Positions 59,027 to 64,000 of a stretch of 64,000 nt of DNA are shown here, in pieces. Origin of the DNA: an uncultured delta proteobacterium (GTDB taxonomy: Bacteria > Desulfobacterota > BSN033 > UBA1163); the NCBI GenBank assembly GCA_963708295.1, contig CAVPSJ010000013.1:128001-192000 (forward strand). The letters run 5' to 3'. Under the pieces are notes generated by a model. The model had not been told where the DNA came from. It worked only from the letters and a program-made list of their open reading frames with translations, and ran no database searches. The position numbers and the translations under genes are program-made. Within the stretch, counting starts at the first letter, position 1; every line of letters begins with the position of its first letter.

Positions 59027-60348
59027 ATGTTGAGATGGGTATTGAGCTGATCACCATTCTGATGTTTGGATCCATGCTGGTGCTTATGATGCTTGGGCTA
59101 CCCGTGGCCTTCTCCTGCGGGACGGTGGGCATCGTTTTCACTGCAATTCTGCAAGGACCTTCTGCCATAAATATTGTCCCAACGCGAATTTTCGGCCTCA
59201 TGGTAAACTATCTCCTGGACGCGATCCCCCTCTTCATCTTCATGGCCTGCATCCTCGAACGCGGCGGATTGATCGGAGATATCTACGAGATGGTCCATCA
59301 GTGGCTGGGATGGCTTAAAGGCGGGGTGGCCACGGCCTCTGTCGCGGCCTGTACCATGATGGCCGCCATGGTAGGCGTCATCGGAGCGAGCGAAGTGACC
59401 ATGGGGGTTATCGCCTTCCCGGAAATGCTAAGAAGAAGATACGACAAATACATGGCCGCCGGTTCCATCCTTGCGGGCGGAACCCTCGGAATCCTCATCC
59501 CGCCGAGTGCCATGCTCATCGTATACGGTATGGTCGATAACGTTTCAATCGGCCAGCTCTACGGAGGGGCCTTTTTGCCAGGTTTTCTCCTTGCCGCCCT
59601 GTATATCGCCTATATCTCCATACGATGTTATATCAACCCAAGGATGGGACCCCCGATTCCCAAGGAGGAGCGCCTGTCTTTCTCCGGAAAGATGAAGGTC
59701 TCCATGCCAATTATCCCCGTGGCCATCCTGATCTTTCTTGTTCTTGGCACCATCCTGATCGGCATCGCCGCGCCCACCGAGGCGGCAGGTGTGGGGTGCG
59801 CCGGGGCTTTCGTCATCCTCGCCTTCCAGCGCAGACTGAAGTGGAAAGGGGTGGTCCAGGCATGCGAGAATACCTTGAAGTCCTCGGCCATGGTCCTCTG
59901 GACCATGTTCGGGGCTAACGTCTTCGTCGCTCTTTACGTCATGGTGGGCGGCGGGAAGTTCGTCACGGACTTGCTTCTTGGAGTTGGGGACCGATGGATC
60001 ATCATGTGGATCATGCAGTTCATCCTGATCTTTCTCGGTTGTTTTATCGATTGGGTGGGTATTATCATGCTCACCGTCCCGATTTTTGGCCCTATTGTCC
60101 GCCAATTGGGGTTCGATCCGGTCTGGTTCGGAGTGCTGTACGCTGTTAACCTGCAGATGTCCTTCTTGTCGCCGCCTTTTGGGTATGCTCTTTTCTATCT
60201 CAAGGGGGTGGCTCCGCCTGAGATTTCAACAACAGATGTCTGGAGGGGAGCAGCCCCATTTCTCGCGCTCCAGTTCGTCGGGTTGGTTCTCTGCATGATC
60301 TTTCCGGATATCATCCTGATCGTTCCAAAATTGTTTTACAGAGGGTAA
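59023..60348 (+). CDS. dctM: TRAP transporter large permease
   Basis: 'AIPLFIFM', 'GGTLGILIPPS', 'PTEAAGVG' and 'NLQMSFLSPPFG'. Confidence 0.92.
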   Translation: MNVEMGIELITILMFGSMLVLMMLGLPVAFSCGTVGIVFTAILQGPSAINIVPTRIFGLMVNYLLDAIPLFIFMACILERGGLIGDIYEMVHQWLGWLKGGVATASVAACTMMAAMVGVIGASEVTMGVIAFPEMLRRRYDKYMAAGSILAGGTLGILIPPSAMLIVYGMVDNVSIGQLYGGAFLPGFLLAALYIAYISIRCYINPRMGPPIPKEERLSFSGKMKVSMPIIPVAILIFLVLGTILIGIAAPTEAAGVGCAGAFVILAFQRRLKWKGVVQACENTLKSSAMVLWTMFGANVFVALYVMVGGGKFVTDLLLGVGDRWIIMWIMQFILIFLGCFIDWVGIIMLTVPIFGPIVRQLGFDPVWFGVLYAVNLQMSFLSPPFGYALFYLKGVAPPEISTTDVWRGAAPFLALQFVGLVLCMIFPDIILIVPKLFYRG

Positions 60349-60375
60349 TATTTGGAAATTGGGTTCATATCGCTG

Positions 60376-60407
60376 GAAACGCCCCTTTCAAAGGGGCGTT
60401 TCTGTTT
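60376..60407 (+). terminator. Intrinsic terminator after dctM
   Basis: GAAACGCCCCTT-TCA-AAGGGGCGTTTC followed by TGTTT. Confidence 0.75.
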
Positions 60408-60552
60408 ATAATCCTTCTCTCCCTGACAAGGAAGCTGTGTCATAATGGAAGAACTGCCAGGTTTGTCATGCTGAACTCGTTTCAGCATCTAATAACTCCT
60501 TCCTTATCTCAAGGGAGGTGGGGAGGGATTTGAGAAAGCTATTCGCTAGGCA

Positions 60553-61008
60553 ATGATAAAGAATTCTCCTGATCCGACCAAAACCTACATCTACCGGGCA
60601 CCCTTGATTTATGCGGGTCTTTTCTATTTAATCCTGCTCGCATGGACAGTCTTCTGCGTCTCTATCATGGGAGCAAAGGGATGGGTCAATTGGCTTCAAC
60701 TCTTTATGGTTGCTTTTATCTTCGTCATGACCTGGTACTTTTCTCTGGGGATTTCTTACAAGGTGGAAATAAACGATGAAGGAAAATTAGAGTTGACGAG
60801 CTTCAGGAGGGTCATCAGGATCCATTCGACAAAGATGGCCATGGTGGAGGGCCCTTACCTACCTCTCGGATTCGTCCGCTTCCGGCTGGAACGGGAAAAG
60901 GCTTATCTCTTCGGCGTCCCGAGAAACAAGGACCTAAAACAGGTCCTATCAATCATCCTCAAAACAAATCCGGACATTAAATTCAAGAATCTTCACTTGA
61001 CCCCTTGA
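60553..61008 (+). CDS. Hypothetical membrane protein
   Basis: Two TM helices followed by a soluble beta-rich domain. Confidence 0.65.
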   Translation: MIKNSPDPTKTYIYRAPLIYAGLFYLILLAWTVFCVSIMGAKGWVNWLQLFMVAFIFVMTWYFSLGISYKVEINDEGKLELTSFRRVIRIHSTKMAMVEGPYLPLGFVRFRLEREKAYLFGVPRNKDLKQVLSIILKTNPDIKFKNLHLTP

Positions 61009-61041
61009 TCCCTTGCTCCCTGGAACCCTTCCATCATTAGG

Positions 61042-61869
61042 TTAGGCATGGCGGTCAGCTGGAGCAATCATGATCCGGTTGTCAACAGAACCCGCTCCCT
61101 TCATCTTCTGAACGATCTCTTGCGCCCGTTTTTTGGTCACATCGCCGTCTACTCTTCCGGTCAGAAGGACCTTTCCCGGTTCTTCCACTTGAACCTGAAT
61201 GTAGGTGCCGGCAGGCCCGTAGGTCAGTCCCGCTTCGATAAGAGCCGCCTCTGCCCGGGTCTGAAGGCCCATCATCTCCAATGACTTCATCGCATCGACG
61301 GAACAGGCGTTGATTTCATTGGACCGAGCCATTGTCAAAATGGCATCCACAGCTAATTTCACGGTAACCTTGTCCATATTAAGCACGATGTCATAAAGCT
61401 CGTCGTTCTCCCAATCTGCCTTGAAAGCAAATCGGATGAAACTGCTCCTTTCATGATCACTTGCCTCTATTGCCTTCGAAGCGGCCTCCCGATGCATCCC
61501 CCTCTCAATCAAATTTTGAATACGCTTTTCGGGCGAAGCCGTGACTCGGACATGCAGAGCGCAGTTGAAATCCCTCAAGAGGATTTGGCCCCCTCGGCCC
61601 AAAAAAACGGCATCTCCACGGCCGGCCAATTCGTAAACCACAGAATTGAGACGATCAAGCTCAATGGCGGGTTTATGGGAAAAAAGCCGCTGGAATAGGG
61701 AGGGAGCCTTTTCATCTATATCTTTGACATTTTTCAGAAAACCCATTTCCCGCGCCGTATTCTCAATGGCCTCCGTGTCGTAGAATCTGTACCCCATTTT
61801 TTCCGCAACCTGTTTCGCGACCGCGGTTCCGTTGGCCCCCATTTTTCTTGAGAACGTAATAAAGTGCAT
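61042..61869 (-). CDS. Cytidylate kinase-like protein with a C-terminal BON domain
   Basis: 'ITFSRKMGANG', 'LGRGG', 'HVRVTA', 'SDHER' and 'YDIVLN'; BON-like 'V.LTG.V..A..G..V.N.I'. Confidence 0.85.
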   Translation of the reverse strand: MHFITFSRKMGANGTAVAKQVAEKMGYRFYDTEAIENTAREMGFLKNVKDIDEKAPSLFQRLFSHKPAIELDRLNSVVYELAGRGDAVFLGRGGQILLRDFNCALHVRVTASPEKRIQNLIERGMHREAASKAIEASDHERSSFIRFAFKADWENDELYDIVLNMDKVTVKLAVDAILTMARSNEINACSVDAMKSLEMMGLQTRAEAALIEAGLTYGPAGTYIQVQVEEPGKVLLTGRVDGDVTKKRAQEIVQKMKGAGSVDNRIMIAPADRHA

Positions 61870-62041
61870 GTTGAGTCTCCTTTGCAGACTTTTTTTGACC
61901 TCACTCAATCTTATTCAGGGGCGAACAGGGCTGTCAAGTCAAAAAAACAGGTCTTCCCAAATTAAAGACAACTATCCCCCGGAGTCAGAGACCGTCAAAC
62001 CTTGTAAGTCTTCACCACAAGCGGCGTTTCCTGAATCACAG

Positions 62042-62206
62042 TTACTTAATTAGAACGCTTATAACAACATAAATGATAAAACCTAATATTATAATCAACA
62101 TGAAGCCTCCGTACATCAAAAACCTACCGAAGGCGTTGAGCCATTTCCTTTTTTTTCTTTTAACCTTAGTGTCACTTGTCTTTTGATCGTTTTTCGTTTC
62201 TTCCAT
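62042..62206 (-). CDS. Small basic membrane protein downstream of the tandem riboswitches
   Basis: AAGGAG RBS; 54 aa with a Lys-rich N-terminus and a hydrophobic C-terminal segment. Confidence 0.6.
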   Translation of the reverse strand: MEETKNDQKTSDTKVKRKKRKWLNAFGRFLMYGGFMLIIILGFIIYVVISVLIK

Positions 62207-62397
62207 TTGTCTCTCCTTTCCGCCATGTTTGCAATTTGTATTTACCGGGTTTTTTCGCCGTTTCGAAACCAGGATCAAACACAGTGACCTGCCAATAATT
62301 CACCTCCCTTCAAATAAGATTGGTGTGTCGGCACGCTTAACTCGCTGCAGTCGCCTCCAAAGAATTCCTGGCATCTCTTTCGTCCTTTCTCTACAAC

Positions 62398-62489
62398 AAA
62401 AAGGCCGCTTTCCGAAGTTTTTGGCTTCGGATAGCGGCCCGACTATCCACATTATTAACCTCCAGAGATATCCAAATATCCCTGGACCC
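62398..62489 (-). ncRNA. nhaA-I-like (Li+-I / Na+-II) riboswitch with intrinsic terminator, copy 2
   Basis: GGGU-[CCAGGGAUAU/AUAUCUCUGG]-AGGUU...GGAUAG-UCGGGCCG-CUAUCC, overlapped by terminator GGCCGCU..CUUCGGAAAGCGGCC-UUUUU. Confidence 0.72.
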
Positions 62490-62615
62490 GGATTCTTCCA
62501 ATTGGACGAAATTAGGTCATAATCTATTCCGTCAAATCATTCTTCCCTCCCTCGCACCTGTCCCCTCACCCCGCCCTCTCCCCTCCGGGGGAGAGGGAAG
62601 GGTGAGGGGTTCAAC

Positions 62616-62708
62616 AAAAAAAGCCGCTGTCCGAAGTTTTTGGCTTCGGATAGCGGCCCGACTATCCAGATTCTTAACCTCCAGAGATATCAAAATATCC
62701 CTGGACCC
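62616..62708 (-). ncRNA. nhaA-I-like (Li+-I / Na+-II) riboswitch with intrinsic terminator, copy 1
   Basis: Near-identical direct repeat of 62398-62489 with the same stems and a U7 tail. Confidence 0.72.
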
Positions 62709-62744
62709 AGACTAAACTGATTTATTCATTACACTTTTGGAACT

Positions 62745-62836
62745 TTTATAATAAATTATCTTCAAGATGTCAAGCTTTTTTCCCCCAGCTTTTTTCCCAA
62801 AAACTTCTTGACACCGGGCACCTTTGCTGGTACATT
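62745..62836. promoter_or_regulatory. Divergent sigma70 promoters
   Basis: Minus strand TTGACA-N17-TATAAA (62773-62745) driving the riboswitch leader. Plus strand TTGACA-N17-TACATT (62808-62836). Confidence 0.6.
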
Positions 62837-62905
62837 TTGACTGTCGGTGTCCTCTTTTCGTAGGGAAACCGAGCAAGTCACATCAAATCCGAAAGGGAAA
62901 ATGCT

Positions 62906-63025
62906 ATGTTCGTTCTTCCTCCGAATACTATACTGCTTATCTGCGCCGCAATCGTTTTCGCAATCGTAGGATTCGTCATCTACGGGTTCGTAAAAGGCTT
63001 CGAAAAGTTTTTCCCCAACGAATAA
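62906..63025 (+). CDS. 39-aa single-TM small protein (below the ORF-track cutoff)
   Basis: MFVLPPNTILLICAAIVFAIVGFVIYGFVKGFEKFFPNE, with a purine-rich RBS and a consensus promoter upstream. Confidence 0.5.
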   Translation: MFVLPPNTILLICAAIVFAIVGFVIYGFVKGFEKFFPNE

Positions 63026-63072
63026 GGCTACTCCGTTCCGAAGATCGACCCCTCCTCCCCAAGGAGAAAACC

Positions 63073-63318
63073 CTAAATCAGATCGCCTAAGCGATCGGCG
63101 ACCCATTTGGCGAGGTCCTTGGCTTTGTTTGTGTCCCAGTAAGGACTTGCATTGCCTCCGTTTTCTAATTGCAGCAGATATTTTTTCCCGCCTTTCTGCG
63201 GGTTAAATCCGATGATAGCCACGCCGCCGCCGAAAATCTCGGGGATGTTGAATTTCAATGACTCCCCCTCTTTGAGTTCTTCCATCTTGTCGATGATGTC
63301 ATCCTGACTGAGTTTCAT
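63073..63318 (-). CDS. Hypothetical protein
   Basis: GGAGGAGG RBS; 81-aa ORF with natural composition. Confidence 0.65.
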   Translation of the reverse strand: MKLSQDDIIDKMEELKEGESLKFNIPEIFGGGVAIIGFNPQKGGKKYLLQLENGGNASPYWDTNKAKDLAKWVADRLGDLI

Positions 63319-63498
63319 GTCCTCCTCCAGAATTAGATTAAAGGGGTTTTATCCCCTGAAAATTCATGGTCGGAAACGTACCAGGTAATTAACCGTATGT
63401 CAAGAGCCAGACGACCATGAAGGGTCCCCTCACCTCGGTTGCGAGCCGAAGCGACCTTATCCCTCTCTCGCAAGGAGAGGGGGTGGGGGAAGGGGAAT

Positions 63499-64000
63499 CT
63501 ATGTGTTCTTCTTATACCATTCTACAAATCGTTTAATACCCTCCTCCATCTTTACTCTAGGTTGATATTTCAGCATCCGTTTTGCTTTGGTGATATCCGC
63601 ATAGGTGACAGAGACATCGCCGGGCTGTGGCTCTAACATTTCGATATTTGCTTTCTTGCCGAATGCTTTCTCAATCAATTGGATCAATTCCTTCAAGGAA
63701 GTGGTCTGGGATTCTCCGAGATTGTAAATCTCAAAGCCTTTATGATAACGGATCACGCCAAGGATCCCGTCAATGAGATCATCGATATAGGTGTAATCCC
63801 TCCTGGAAGAGCCGTCGCCATAAATCGGGATTTTTTCGCGTTGATCTATCAAGCGCGCAAATTTATGAATCGCCATCTCAGGCCTCTGCCTCGGTCCATA
63901 GGCTGTGAAGAATCTCAGGCAGGCGATATTCATTCGGTAAAGATAGTGATAAGAATAAGAAAGGAGTTCTCCAGCCCGTTTGGTTGCTCCGTAAGGGGAG
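63499..64000 (-). CDS. NAD-dependent epimerase/dehydratase (UDP-glucuronate 4-epimerase-like), 5'-partial
   Basis: 'PYGATK', 'LRFFTAYGPRQRPEMA', 'RDYTYIDD', 'YNLG' and 'QPGDV..TYAD'. Frame is open to the window edge. Confidence 0.9.
   Translation of the reverse strand, partial: SPYGATKRAGELLSYSYHYLYRMNIACLRFFTAYGPRQRPEMAIHKFARLIDQREKIPIYGDGSSRRDYTYIDDLIDGILGVIRYHKGFEIYNLGESQTTSLKELIQLIEKAFGKKANIEMLEPQPGDVSVTYADITKAKRMLKYQPRVKMEEGIKRFVEWYKKNT

Noticed and set aside
62398-62708. Direct repeats as a possible CRISPR array
   Set aside because: Only two ~92-nt copies, no spacer periodicity and no cas genes; better explained as tandem riboswitches.

Overview
64-kb window of a bacterial chromosome with roughly balanced GC. 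Gene content and intergenic repeat style suggest an anaerobic deltaproteobacterium (Desulfobacterota-like). It is almost entirely metabolic. (1) 1-7.5 kb: the upper anaerobic nicotinate pathway (xanthine-dehydrogenase-family Mo enzyme, enamidase, 6-hydroxynicotinate reductase, UPF0280/ApbE-like, DUF1185). (2) 7.5-28.6 kb: mixed genes (M42 peptidase, dinB, hydrolase, transporters, a 4-subunit 2-oxoacid:ferredoxin oxidoreductase, an acetoacetate-CoA ligase with a Lys-rich N-terminal extension, alanine-glyoxylate aminotransferase, an orphan pseudopilin next to an HD-GYP protein). (3) 28.7-60.4 kb: a large 2-hydroxyacid/glycolate region that appears tied together by three FadR-type operators. It holds a GlcD + 2x HdrD-like + GcvH/LbpA + NarI-like + lipoate ligase module, a glyoxylate reductase and two TRAP systems. 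It also holds an operon joining a SucCD-like ligase, a CitE-like lyase, an ALDH1L1-type formyltransferase, GlcDE + HdrD-like, a B12 acyl-CoA mutase with unusual specificity residues and a 2-hydroxyisobutyrate-CoA-ligase-like enzyme. (4) 62.4-62.7 kb: a tandem pair of nhaA-I-like (Li+/Na+) riboswitches, each with its own terminator. About a dozen single-base frameshifts between 37.5 and 54.5 kb look like long-read errors. No rRNA, tRNA, CRISPR array or transposase was seen. All family assignments come from recognising motifs by eye; no database searches were run.
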